Of a stretch of 64,000 bases of DNA, positions 1 through 13,690 are shown one piece after another (position 1 is the first letter of the stretch; every line of letters begins with the position of its first letter). Source of the stretch: Octopus sinensis (lineage: Eukaryota). Made by a program: the position numbers and the translations under genes. Location of the stretch: positions 39,494,001-39,558,000 of the forward strand of contig NC_043009.1 of the NCBI RefSeq assembly GCF_006345805.1, written 5' to 3'. The notes under the pieces were generated by a model. The model saw only the letters and a list, made by a program, of their open reading frames with translations, was not told where the DNA came from and ran no database searches.

Positions 1-654
1 TGTAAATATTTATATGAATATACACCGACATGTATATATACAAACATACACAATACATGTTCATATACACTTGCACGCACGCACACAGACACACACACAC
101 ACAGGTACAAACACTAGCATACATGTAGTGGTATCTATTTGTCCATACATGCATCCAGCAGAAAATGAAAGACCTATACCCCTTTGAATCCAACCATCTC
201 AAAAGCTAACCTTCAATTCCATAAGTAAGCAAACACCTTTCAGTCTAATCTGAAATCTTATATTAAACCAATAAATAAATATATCTAGAAAGTAGACTAA
301 TATTTTCTGACACGGCTAAAACTTATATAAAACATACAACATCCTACACAGCGACTAGTAACAAATAACATAATAGAAAATTCCATGAAATCTTACGCAC
401 AAATACATAACAATCTCACTATATGTCAGCGAAAAATATACCATAAAATCTAAACCTAGACACTTGATTAGATGCAGTAGATAACTTAGCGAAACGAATA
501 CATATATTACATTTAAGGACCACAAATTAATCTGCAAAAAAGTTCCTCCTATAAATTTGTCTCTCCCCATTTATTGTTATTACAGAGATTTCTACACATC
601 TGTGTTAAGAGACTGTAAACTACTAATAATTTCAGTTGATCTATTTGCTGTCAC

Positions 655-1135
655 AGTAAGTATATGGTCATCAAATCTAAGTAGAGACTTCAAACTTGAA
701 ATCTTCAAAGCCACAGTCGAACCAATTCTACTATATGGCTCAGAAACCTGGACGTTGTCAAAGAAGCTTGAGAGGCGGATGGATGGAACCTACACTCGCC
801 TCCTTATGAGAGCTCAAAATCTCTCGTGGAAGCGTCATCCAACCAAAATGCAAATATATGGGAAACTACCACCTGTGTCATCTCTTGTGAAAGGTAGGAG
901 AGTCCAGTTTGCTGGACATTGTTGTAGAGCTGAAAACGAGGCAATTTCTACTCTTCTCCTCTGGAAGCCATCTTCTCGCAATACCAGAGGGCGCACGCTC
1001 TCCTACCCTGATGTAATCTCCAGGGATACAGGCATCCAGCAACAGGACCTCCGTAATGCCATGATGGACCGTGAAGTCTGGCATAGCATGGTAAATTCCA
1101 TTGTCTCGACCACGGTCGAACAATGATGATGATGA
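655..1135 (+). mobile_element. RTE-like LINE 3' fragment (RT C-terminal region) with (TGA)n tail
   Basis: ORF 557..1126 contains WSSNLSRDFKLEIFKATVEPILLYGSETWTLS...QFAGHC...WKP...DREVW, typical of the C-terminus of RTE-like ORF2. The stop is followed by tgatgatgatga. The N-terminal part of the ORF is flanking DNA. Confidence 0.85.
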
Positions 1136-1619
1136 AGTATAAGCCACCTTAAACGTAGGTTAAATAATCAGCAGAATCTGATACTGGGGTAGTCAGCACG
1201 TAAGTGGTGATTTTTATAACATGTATAACATTTGAAAAGCTTAGTCATTCTAACACTGGTGAAATAGCCACAGAGTCACTCGGTAGTCGAACATTATTAC
1301 TATTAAGTAAAACTTCAGATATATCCGTACTGTCGAATGCTATCCTTCAACCTCTAAAGCCTTTGGATTTAGAATGCGCGAAAATCTTGGAGAGACAAAC
1401 AGTTCACAAGTAAACTGAAGTTTCCTTCAGAAGCAATGAGTAATAGCGGAGGATAGTAAATAAGTTGGAGGATATAAGTTGTTGGTTGACAATGGAGAAT
1501 GTGGTGTTAGAAAGTGTTTTTATATTTGCACAGTTTTCTTACATTTGAAATTCCTGTTCATGACTCCTCCTAAACATTCCTCTTTTTCCTCTCCCTCTCC
1601 GATCTATCACTTTCCGTCC

Positions 1620-1651
<32 letters not shown>

Positions 1652-2099
1652 GCTTGTCTTTCTGTCTATCTGACTGTATCTCTCTCTCTCTCTATTTCTC
1701 TCTCTTTGTCACTGTCTTTCTGCCTGTCTCTTGCTCTCTCTCTTTCTCACTCTCTCTTACTACCTGCACTTCACATTAGCAAATTCTTTTTCTTTTTCTC
1801 CTCCTCCTCAATTCTCTCCTTCATAATCCTCTCCCACTCTCTCCTATACAATGCATGCACAAATCAGTGCCCATTGCAGTCCACAGCATCTTCTAATTTA
1901 TTCTTTTATGCATTCCCCCTCTCCAAGTTTACGATAGTACACATCTTTTCCATGCAATCCTCTTCGAAAAAGAAATCGTGTTCCAGTCATCAAAAACTTC
2001 TCCCACGCAACGGCATAAACATAAATAATTATGCATACGTACTCAAGCATACACCTACTCAAACACACATATATATATGCATGGTTATGTGCAGATGAG

Positions 2100-2344
<245 letters not shown>

Positions 2345-2858
2345 AAATGAAAGATTGAAGATGGAATATACAAGCATATATAGATACAGATATACGTATA
2401 TAAGTGCATATAGAAAGGAAAAGGAGAGAGGAGGGCGATTTGAAAGAAATAACATTCACTCGTTGTTTATATGCCATATTGTTTTTCAAGTTGTTTAGAC
2501 CTCTTCAGATTGTTAGTTACAAACTTAAGATTTCCCAAGCAAGATGCAAATATTTATTTTAAAAACAATGAATTCAAATATGCTTAACATGAGTGTTTTC
2601 AAAGATACCCCCCTACACACAGTTGCACTTACATACACGCACATGTTCATACACACACACTCGCACAAAACACACGAGCATGCTTTTATAAATCGATTTT
2701 ATATTTAAATCAATTTTATATTTAAAACATAATTACATACTTTAAGCATGTAAATGCTTCATTGTCTGAATTATGCAAAACACTAAGAAACGAACAAAAA
2801 ACAAAATAAACATGAGTATGCTATTCGTATGTGGGCGTGGTGTGTCTGTTCATGTGTG

Positions 2859-3105
2859 TGTGAAAGCGTGCGGCTCAGTGGTTAGTGCGTCGGAATCAGA
2901 ATCATGAGGTAGTGAGTTCGATTCCGGGACCGGGGTGTGAGTTATGTTCTTGAGCAAGACACTTTACTTCACGTTGCTACAGTTCGCTCAGCTGTAGAAA
3001 TGCGTTGTGACGTCACTGTTGCCAACCTGTTTCGGCTTTTGCCTTTCCTTTGAATAACATCGGTGACGTGGTGAGGAGAAGGGAGACTGTTATGCATAGG
3101 CGACT
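2859..3105 (+). mobile_element. tRNA-derived SINE (family A), 3'-truncated
   Basis: Head ggctcagtggttagtg (box A) and gagttcgattcc (box B), then CORE-like ttcttgagcaagacacttt. Colinear with the full copy at 61745-62097 up to gcataggcgactgc. Confidence 0.8.
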
Positions 3106-3200
3106 GCACAGGAATGGGTGTGGGGTAAGAAGCTTGCCTCCTAACAACATGGTTCTTTGTGAGTGGATTTGGTGGACGGAAAATGAAAGACGCTTGTCGT
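3106..3200 (+). mobile_element. SINE family B head, internally deleted, fused to the preceding SINE
   Basis: gcacaggaatgggtgtggggtaagaagcttgc...ttgtgagtggatttggtggacggaaaatgaaagacgcttgtcg matches 10871-11035 with a central deletion. Confidence 0.7.
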
Positions 3201-3277
3201 ATATATATATATATATATATGTGTGTGTGCTTGTGTGTGTGTATGTGTGTGTGTGCGTGTGTGTGTGTGTAATATGT

Positions 3278-3315
<38 letters not shown>

Positions 3316-4274
3316 CGTCGTTTTCGCTGGTATATCTTTGATTTAATTAGATAACAAAGAAGGAAGCAAAGATGAAGGCAGGATTTACGATCGTTTCAAT
3401 TTACTAGTTTTAGTAAATCTCTGAAGAATGCGAAGATAGATAGATACATCGGTTAGGATGCGAAAATAATTGATGCATATGTGATTGTAATAGAAGCAAA
3501 AATAGTAAGTCTTTAAACTTTGTCTTTGTGCTGGTAATTTCGCTGGGGAGAGGTTTCATTGTAGTAGATTTGTTAGTTTCTTTCGGCAATTAGAGTGAGG
3601 TGAATATTATTTTGGTGTGGGGTTCCGAATTTGACTAAGCTTATTTTTTCGCACGTTTGTATTAAATTTGTTTTTAGTCCGCAGTGGGTTTAGTCACCGG
3701 TGGTGTAAGTGAAAGGGGTTAACTCTAACTTAGGGTAAAAAGGGAGCTAATTCATACAAATTTTTATTAGACTAGGTAGAATGGTTTAGAATTGTATTAT
3801 GGCTAAGAAATATATTATTACTAGAGTTTAGTAAGTTCTTAGTGCTAGAAGGGGCCTTATCTAGGTGCAATGTAAATTATTATGGAATGTGGAAGGCGAG
3901 TCGGTTTCTGGGGTGACTATTTGTGTGTAAGTGTTTAAGGTGGTTCCTAGTTAATTAGATTTATATAGATGACTATTCAAGTTTGGGATTATGAAAGACA
4001 GCGGCCTAATTGAAGACAATTCTACCGGTATTTTGAAAATGCATAAAGGCCCACATGAATGCAAAATGGGTTGTTCGCAAATTTTCACCTTAGAAGGGGC
4101 TGTTTAGCCGTAAGTATAACTAGGCGTTCTGATAGAGTGTATATATATATATATATATACCACAACAACGACGACGACGACGACCACCACCACCACCACC
4201 ATCGCCATAACCAGCACTACCACAGTCACCACCAATTCTATCATCACCGCTACTAGTACCACGATCAGCATGCT

Positions 4275-4305
<31 letters not shown>

Positions 4306-5814
4306 GTATATTTATATGCTTATACACACACATTCACATATACATATACATACATATATATATATATATATACACTCACATATATATATATATGTATATA
4401 TACACTCACATCACATACATGTGCATCTATTAGCTTCTGAACACGGAAGTACTTTTCGTGTTTAATCAACAAAATGTCTTCTAAAGCGAGTTATTCTGGA
4501 AGTTATCTTATGTTGTTTTATGACACCTGTTAATAGTGTTAGTGTGAAATTTTTGCAAAACAAGGGTTAAAATAAAGAAATTCTGAAATTTATGTGCCAT
4601 GTTAAAGGAGATTTAAGTGTTTCTGTTTTAATTCTCACATCATGTAGCTTTTCATTTGCAGCAACACTTTAATTGAAAACTAAACTCTGTGCTAACCACA
4701 TGACTTTTTTCCAAGAATTCTTTCTAACTTTTGAATAACTAAGTGTCACTGTAAATTCAGTTAGACTTTTAAATTAAAGAGATATGATAAAATTATTCCA
4801 CGAAGAGTCACGAATTATCAAATTTTAAAACTTTTTAACTGAACGTGTAACAAAATTGTTTTTGACATGGTTGCAATATTAAAATCAAATATCTAAGCGA
4901 TTTATTATTTTTTTTTCATTTTGCTTTGCTTTCCATCTTGGAACTGTTTTAGTGTGTGTTGCCAAATGTCTGAATCGTAGAAGTAACTTATGAGAGAGTT
5001 GTGCCAACAATGGAATTGTGATTCCTCACCAGATTCATTTTATTTCATTTATCTTCCAGATTGTTAAAAAAAAAACAAAAACAAAAAAAGAAAAAGACTG
5101 TCCAAATTCTCTCTCCGATGAACATGATATTTTGACAGCCAAGAAAGAACTCTCTGAGTGATTGCTTCAACCACTGCAGTTATCAGGCGAATCTTCCTGA
5201 TTATTATACACTGATGTCTTTAAAAAGTGGCTTCTCCAATCCTGAATATATTATTGCAGAAGAAATACATGAAAGTCACGGTCGGAAAGCATCGATAAAA
5301 AAATAACTTCTCGCGTTGTTAAAAAGTAACCGGACCAATGGGCTGCTACACCATGTTGAATTAAGTCTAGCCCGGTGCTAGACAAGAATAACTACAACAA
5401 ATTGTTATACTAGTGCTAAAGCATGGCCCTTGCTCTAGTGCATAAAACAAACTTAAAGAAAGTCAAATTACTCCAAGGTTTAGGAAGTGACTCATGAAAA
5501 TATTGCCAATTCATTTTGACATATAGTTCTATTTAGATTGAGAATATGAAATATGTGAGTAGGTGTATGTTTCTTTGTACTTTTGTTGTGAGTGTTCGTG
5601 TGTGCTCACGCACTTGTGCATGTGTATATATTTATGTGTGTGTGTGTGTGTGAATCATTTTACAGATTTAATGTTTTAGCAGGGAAAAGTCCGCCTTCGT
5701 TGCTCATCTCAAATGATATAACATAGTGACATTTGTAAAACAGTACCATTTGCTCCGCAGTTATATATAATGAGTATTGAGTCCTCTTGTATTCCTAATC
5801 GCTTTGATCTATGC

Positions 5815-6130
5815 CATAGGTTCTCAAAGTAGGTGCTACAGACCCAGTGGGCGTTGAGACGGTCCAGGTGGGCACTGGAGCCGTAGGGGGCGATGTGGGG
5901 CTGGCGTTAGAGAAAAAGGAGACGTTGAGCAGAAGGCACTGACTTGAGGAACGCTATGAATTTATTATAATATTATTATCGCATTGTATACAAATTATAT
6001 AATATTATATTAAATATCAAATGATTAATAGTATATATAAATTCGTAAAATTTCAAATACTTCTTTATACATAAAAGTAGGGGTTGGGCGCTGGGGATAT
6101 TATGTGGCACCAAAAGTTTGAGAATCTCTG
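5815..6130. mobile_element. non-autonomous hAT-like element (MITE)
   Basis: Imperfect TIRs cataggttctcaaa / tttgagaatctctg. Flanking 8-mers atctatgc (5807-5814) and atctaagc (6131-6138) match 7/8, consistent with an 8-bp hAT target-site duplication. Confidence 0.65.
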
Positions 6131-6200
6131 ATCTAAGCTGAAAGAATTTTCCAACACACACACATACGCTTACACACATACACACACACACACGCACACA

Positions 6201-6232
<32 letters not shown>

Positions 6233-6895
6233 TACACCATACTCTGACATACCAACATATACATATATGCATGCACACATACACCACACAGTATCAAAGT
6301 TTATATCAACAGTCGTGTTTTTCTTGCATCATTATCTAATTTTAAACAGTCCCTTATTTTCGTAACCGATTTTATGTGGACTAGTGGCTTTTGATTCCCA
6401 CCATGGTTCACATTACTTCTAGAATTTATATTGGCTCTTTTCTAATTTTAAATGCATAAGGAGTACGAAATGCATGTCACTAACCTAACTTTGAGATTTT
6501 ATTCACTTCTTTGCAGTTGTCACAACACACCATATTCCACGAGAAAAAATATTTAAGAGCATGCATATCAGACTTTTAAAGACAAATTCCTTTCTGGTTG
6601 GCTATATATCTCTATACGCATGGAAAATGTATTCTTACCGGATACCAAACGGAAGAAATTAAAACTAATTCTCTGAGACTTACCGTATCTAAACTCCATG
6701 CTTACAGAACGGTGATTCTCTAGAAATGTGTAAAGACGACATGTGTTCATACGTAGTGTAATAGCATCATTTCAGTTCCAGAGTGTGTGCGTGACTGTTC
6801 AAGTGTTTGAGCGCGCGTACGTATTTATGTGTGTGTGTGTGTGTGGTGTGTGTGTGTGTGTGTTGTGTGTGTGTGTGTGAGTGTGTGTATGTGTA

Positions 6896-6938
<43 letters not shown>

Positions 6939-8780
6939 GCGATGTGTGTGGGAGTTCAATATGGATACACATTTCTCTTTTAATGTATATCAACTTGTAA
7001 CTGAAAACTTAATTCCATTAGTGATCGTAATGTCATTACGGTTCCTGTTTGGAAACAAAGTAGTCTGTGATGCTTTTAAGCTTGTTTCTGCATATTTAAT
7101 GATTGCATTTTACTAACACGTACGTTAGAAGCCTTCTTGCATACAACTGTTATAGATAGCCCGTCTACTTTATCTGTTTTTAAATAATCCAGGAAAATTA
7201 ATTTGGGATAGAATAAGCGTAGCAATAACAATACAGATACGTTACTTGGTTTCGTAACCAATTCGTCTGGGAACTGCGAATACTAAGCAACTCACACGGC
7301 AGATGTATTGTAGACTCGGTTCGAACAACAAGTTGGGAGTGGAATCTTGTGCATGCAAGCTTGTATACATACAAGCATATATGCGTGCATACATACATGC
7401 ATACATATGTACGTACGTACATATACATCACACATACATTCATACATGCATACATACATATGCACATATATGCACATGTAAACACACACACATATATATG
7501 CATATAACGAGAGATGAATAATCATAAGTGTATGGAATATATTTACATGAGGTGCTACGTAGTTTTACCTATATAACCATATTTTTACGGCTGTATGCAT
7601 GTATCCTGTGAATAGCGGTTATTATTACGCATATTATGCAAATAGAAGCAAACGTTATAAGGCAAAACAACTGGAAAGCACATAAGCAAACTTAATATCG
7701 ATATACAAGAACCATCATATATAAGAAACTTCATGCGTCAACCACAGCACATCATTTTCAGAAGGTATGGCTAATACAAGCAAGGGAATAATTCTAAGAA
7801 ATTAATAGTGGCATCTGAGAATTCTGAGAAATGAATAGGTGTTGGTATAAAGAAATGAGAATGAGAGAGAGAAAAACTAATGAGAAAGTTATTTCAAAAT
7901 AAGAAGACAGAGAAGGGGCCAAGTCATGAGTATCAGATAAGAAGTGTGGTGTAAATTACAAGGTACGAAGAGGTAGTAGAATGTGAGATAAGAAGGGGAG
8001 ATTTAAGGGAAGAAAGTGCTAGGAAGGTCCTGGGAAGGAAGAAGGGAGGATAATGTGTGAAGGGATCCAGAGCTAGCAAAGTAATTCTTTCTAATTACAT
8101 CTAAATTTTGATACTAGGCCAGAAATGACCCCAGTATTTGACTGGTAACCAGACTGATACTTTAGTTTTAGAAGAAATGATGCTAATAATTTTGTTCGAC
8201 GTGCCCGTTGGATTAAAGAAGGCAGGATAATGATGGACAAAAATATTTAAGCGCCTTACCAACCTTTGTACAACACCTGATCTGCTATAAGGAAGATTTA
8301 TAAATGGTTAGAAGGGTGAGCAAAGAGTGTAAGTGAAATCTATCATAACAAAGAAAGGAATGATTGAGAAAAAGAAAAAAAAGACCCTTTAAACATTTAA
8401 AGAAAGCAAAACTTGTTCAAAACCTGGTCTGGTACAAATGCTTAACATTGATTTTAAAAATGCTGAGTAATAAGGTAGAGCTACAAACGGGTATGTTGAA
8501 GGAAATATATATTCATAACAACTTTAACAGCTGAATCGATTAATGTAAGGGTAAAGAATTTATAAAATCAGATTTCGAAGCAATATTTCTTTACAAGTGA
8601 CTTAATACACCAAATATAAAAATACGTATCTTGTCCCATTAAAAAAGTGAGTAAAAAGAATTTTTAAACAAAGTTCCATTTTTCATCTCTCTCTCCCTCT
8701 GTCTATCTCTCTTTCTCTCTCTGCATACACATACACACATATATATATATATATATGTGTGTGTATGTATGTATGTATGA

Positions 8781-8845
<65 letters not shown>

Positions 8846-8904
8846 TACATATACACACACAGATATATATGTGTGTGTATGCGTCATTGTGTCTGTATCT
8901 ATAT

Positions 8905-9052
8905 CCCAGCATCATCACTTGATAACCGGTGTGAAATCGATAGAATACGTAACAGGCTTGGCAAAAGTCCTGGAGTCGATTTGCTCGACTAAAACCCTTC
9001 ATAGCGCTGCTACAGCATGACCGCAGTCAAATTACTGAAAGAAATAAAAGAA
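8905..9052 (+). mobile_element. SINE family B 3' module, degenerate
   Basis: gatagaatacgtaacaggctt...gtcgatttgctcgactaaa...cagcatgaccgcagtcaaattactgaaa matches 11150-11260. Confidence 0.7.
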
Positions 9053-9092
9053 GGAAAGAAAAATTATTTAGATTAAAATATAAATGTAAAAT

Positions 9093-9340
9093 GTGGAGGC
9101 GCGTGGCTTAGTGATTAGGGTGTTGAACTCATGATCGTAAGGTTGTGGTTTCGATTCCTGGACAGGGCGATGTGTTGTGTTCTTGAGCAAAACACTTTAT
9201 TTTAACGTTGCTCCAGTCCACTCAGGTGGTAAAAATGAGTAATCCTGCAACGGACCGGCGTCCCGTCCAGGTGGAGAATTTCTACGCCACTGAAACCTGG
9301 AAACCGGCCCTAATGAGCCTGACTTCGCTCGAGAAGGAAC
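9093..9340 (+). mobile_element. tRNA-derived CORE-like SINE with target-site duplication
   Basis: Box A/B head followed by ttcttgagcaaaacacttt. Flanked by a perfect 13-bp direct repeat ataaatgtaaaat (9080-9092 and 9341-9353). Confidence 0.85.
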
Positions 9341-9755
9341 ATAAATGTAAAATATAAGAAAATCAACATCAAAGAATATCGAGAAACCACAGATTAAAAA
9401 ATCCTAGATGAATAGCTGAGAATAAAATTGGGTGACTATGGAGAGTCAATGATGGCTGGAAAATGCCTGCATTATTGCAAAAAGAGAAATCACAATTTTA
9501 GCTGTATAATATGAAAGCTTTACCAAAAAACTCACTCGAATAACTCAATAGTTATCAATACTAAATTTAATCCTGTAGTAAATTATAGGCATAACATTCT
9601 TAAGACCATTCTAGATAAATAAGGAAAACTAGATAAGGGAAACAAAAAGATTTATGTCTGTTTAAAATAAAGCAGCCAAACTTTGACATAGTGATTATAT
9701 AGTTACAAAGTTTGATAGTGAGGAATATTTTTCTAAAGCAACAATCATATCTAGT

Positions 9756-9802
9756 GTATTATTATTAATATTATTATTATCATCATAATCATCCATCATC
9801 AA

Positions 9803-9833
<31 letters not shown>

Positions 9834-10430
9834 TCATTATTATTATTTTGGACAAGTTCCATGCCGAGTTGCAGCAACAAGGTTCGTCTGCCACACTTCC
9901 CGGTCTATCACCACTGACTCGCGGTCCTGGATACATTCCAGGCTAGTGTCTGCAATCAGATTGTCGATGTAAGTGTGATGACGTTTTCCTCTTCTTACAT
10001 CACCATGAAGTGGGTTCCATAAGACTAGTCTAGTTGCTTCCAATTCAGAGTGGCGCACGCAGCGACCAGATATTCGGAGCCATCTTTGCCTAATCTTCTC
10101 GTTAACTTTCGACAGCCCTCCATCTTGTTGCCATTTCACAGTTAGGCCCATACGTGGTACCCATGTGTAGTAGCCCGTTTGATAAATTGTTTGTCAGTGT
10201 CCATGTTTCACCGCCATATAATAACACTGATTCGACAGTTGCAATGGAACAAATGATGCTGAACTGTTTGCTCTGAACGGTTCCGAATGGAATTTTACGG
10301 TAAACTTCGAGTAGTTAAGTGATTACGTAAGCAGATCGGAAGCAGACATTAAGATCAATAACGCACAAGCATGGGCAGCCTGTCACAAACTAAAGATGGT
10401 CTGGAACGCTGAATTGCCCATGCGAAACAA
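9756..10430 (-). mobile_element. RTE-like LINE 3' fragment with inverted 5' segment
   Basis: Minus strand 9845-10256 encodes ATVESVLLYGGETWTLT...LWNPLHG...DREVW followed by a (TAA/TGA)n tail. Plus strand 10258-10430 encodes the immediately upstream part, VNFE*LSDYVSRSEADIKINNAQAWAACHKLKMVW. Direct repeat atatctagt at 9747-9755 and 10431-10439. Confidence 0.8.
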
Positions 10431-10870
10431 ATATCTAGTATAGATAAATACGAATACTAAAAGAAACAAATATAAAACTGGTTTCTGTCTTCAAGTGAGT
10501 TAACAAATACATGACAAGGCTAAGATATGATACAGCATCGACAAGGCTAAGATATGATATAGTTCTTCTTTAAGAAGAACTGAGAAATACCTACAGAAAT
10601 TATGAAAAAATAGAACTATTCTAAATTAATATATCATGCAACGACGGTGAAAAATAAAATATACAGTGGCAATATCTCATAAGACAGGATAAAGACTGAG
10701 AAATGTTGCATTTAAAGCTGTGACCAAGACGTACACAAATTATTTTCAAAACAGAATATAGAACACAAACAGGAATTGCAGATTATGTGGAGATTGCGAA
10801 GATGCAATTGAGTCCATTGTTTCTGGGAATCCATTCTTAGCTAACAAAAGAGAATACATACATATATATA

Positions 10871-11265
10871 GGCGCAGGAGTGGCTGTGTGGTAAGTAGCT
10901 TGCTAACCAACCACATGGTTCCGGGTTCATTCCCACTGCGTGGCATCTTGGGCAAGTGTCTTCTGCTATAGCCCCGGGCCGACCAATGCCTTGTGAGTGG
11001 ATTTGGTAGACGGAAACTGAAAGAAGCCTGTCGTATATATGTATATATATATATGTGTTGTGTGTCTGTGTTTGTCCCCCTAGCATTGCCTAACAACCGA
11101 TGCTGGGGTGTTTACGTCCCCGTCACTTAGCGGTTCGGCAAAAGAGACCGATAGAATAAGTACTGGGCTTACAAAGAATAAGTTCCGGGGTTGATTTGCT
11201 CGACTAAAGGCGGTGCTCCAGCATGGCCGCAGTCAAATGACTGAAACAACTAAAAGATTAAAAGA
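10871..11265 (+). mobile_element. tRNA-derived SINE family B, full length (head + internal microsatellite + 3' module)
   Basis: Head ggcgcaggagtggctgtgtggtaag...ggttcattccc, CORE-like cttgggcaagtgtctt, an internal (TA)/(TG) tract, and a 3' module ending ggcggtgctccagcatggccgcagtcaaatgactgaaac. Confidence 0.85.
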
Positions 11266-11619
11266 GTAAGAGTATATATATATATATATATACACACGTT
11301 ATAAGAATTTAGAAATTTCTTTGAACATGACACAAATCGTATTGAGAAAATTTTATCTACTACAAGTCGATAAAGCTATAAATAACAGCGTTTTGAATGT
11401 CTGTTATGTATACAGAAGATGCGGTTTCGAATCCCATGGGCAGCATTCGCTGATCTTCATCAAAGGTTGTTATTATCCCAATATTTACACAGTATTATTT
11501 ACACCTTCATAGAGTTGGCGTTCCATTGTTAAAAACGATTTATCCATCCATCCATCCATACATACATACATACATAAATGCAGACAAACACACAGGCATG
11601 CGCACAAACGTAATACATG

Positions 11620-11900
<281 letters not shown>

Positions 11901-12589
11901 TATTATCGGAAGAGTTGGCGCTATCTTACGCTGGTAAATGAGCCAGCATTTTAAATATCAACAGCAAAGATATGTTTAAACATACAATGCAAAATATCTC
12001 AGTGAATGACAAAGAGACACTATTGCCAACTCATGCAAACAAGGAGATTAAGTCAAATCGACCGGATATTAATTCCAAGGACCCTCAATAAAGGAAGTTT
12101 CTCATCAGAAATGTATCAGTCCCAATAGACAATAATATATATCTAAAAGAAATGGAAAAATCTACACAATGTTCTAGAAATAGAAATAACCAGTATGTGG
12201 GGATTTAAAACAGAAGCAATCCAGATAATATACATTCAATAATGGCTGTCTTGGGAACGGTTAGAATTTGCTGTAGACAAATGCATAACCCGAAATCCAT
12301 GACTTTATAAATATATATGCTATAGAGAAAATAGCTGTACTGAGATCTGCATGCGCATTCACTACGAGAGGAAATATAAAACCAAACACAAAGCATTGTA
12401 TGCAGCCGAGGTGCACAAACATGCACTCGGTAGCGCAATGATATTACGCAATAAAAATAAGATTACAGGAAAAGCAAACCGTTTATTTATTTCTCCCAAG
12501 AACCCATCCATTCAATACAAAATGAGTTAAAAATGGATATAGGGAGTGTACACATATACATGCATAGATACAATGTATATATATATATA

Positions 12590-12654
12590 TATATATATAT
12601 ACATAAGATATATGATACACACACTCACAAGCATGCACACACGTATATATATGC

Positions 12655-12691
<37 letters not shown>

Positions 12692-12770
12692 CATAAGATA
12701 TATGATACACACACTCACAAGCATGCACACACGTATATATATATGCGTGTATATATATATATATATATAT
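12590..12770. repeat. about 90-bp tandem duplication in microsatellite-rich DNA
   Basis: acataagatatatgatacacacactcacaagcatgcacacacg occurs at 12601 and 12691. Confidence 0.85.
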
Positions 12771-13009
12771 ACAAAAATACATTCCTACATACATATACGT
12801 ATGTATACGACTGAAACCATTAAGATAATACACGGGGGCACAGAGACGCGCACACACACCTGCACATATATGTACACCTGCTCCTCTATTTCTCTTTTCT
12901 ATGTACGTATGTATGTATGTATATATGTATTTATCTATCTAGCAACTAGCTATCCATCCACCTCCTCTCTTTTTCTCTGTGTGTACATATATATATATAT
13001 TTATATATA

Positions 13010-13690
13010 TAGTCTTTGAAGTCTGTAGCAACTCTGAGTTTCACATCTTCCACTCGATCACCTCTAACATCCCTTACATCTCCCACTCCGCCTGTCCTGT
13101 AAACTCCGTGACCTACTCATTTGTCGCTCCTTTTCTGGACCCTTTCTATACTCTTCCATCCATAGTTACACTTATCTCTTCTTTGTCCAATGTCAAAATC
13201 CTTACTGTATCTAATCATATAATAGATTCCTTCATTTCCTCCTTTGTATACATCGGGGTTAAGGTCAACAGCTGTTCAAACGCTTTACTGAACATTTACG
13301 AGACAAAAATACCTTCAAAGCAACTCAACCGTTTCAAGATATTGCCTATCCTTTTTTTTTTCTTCTTTTTTTGGTCAATATTTAGTTACTTACATTTACC
13401 GAAAAATTAAGTAAGTCGGTGAAGCTACTAGATAGGATACGAGATTTTTCGGCTATACAAGGCCTGCACCTCCTCGGTGCACCAAAGTATGGCGCTGAAC
13501 GTTCAACGATATTCCAGTTGATGGGGTGTGTGGATTCTTCCATCGTACCTTTGACTTAACGCTGCACAGCAGTTACCCGAACTCTCCATCGCAAACAAGT
13601 TCACACATTTTTTCTCTACTCTTTAAGCCGCTATACACTGGAACACTAGATTCTCATAAACAGGTCCATCAATACTTTACCATCAAATGC
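13010..13690 (-). mobile_element. Penelope-like element remnant (GIY-YIG C-terminal region plus downstream sequence)
   Basis: Minus strand reads INWNIVERSAPYFGAPRRCRPCIAEKSRIL...LLN, resembling the W..I...A.PY.....RC.LC..EK..I....LLN motif that follows the GIY-YIG domain of Penelope-like elements. 13128-13493 is closely similar to 17893-18255. Confidence 0.6.

Noticed and set aside
3540-4130. Mitochondrial insertion (NUMT), suggested by strand skew
   Set aside because: No recognisable mitochondrial protein, rRNA or tRNA motif in the frames I translated.
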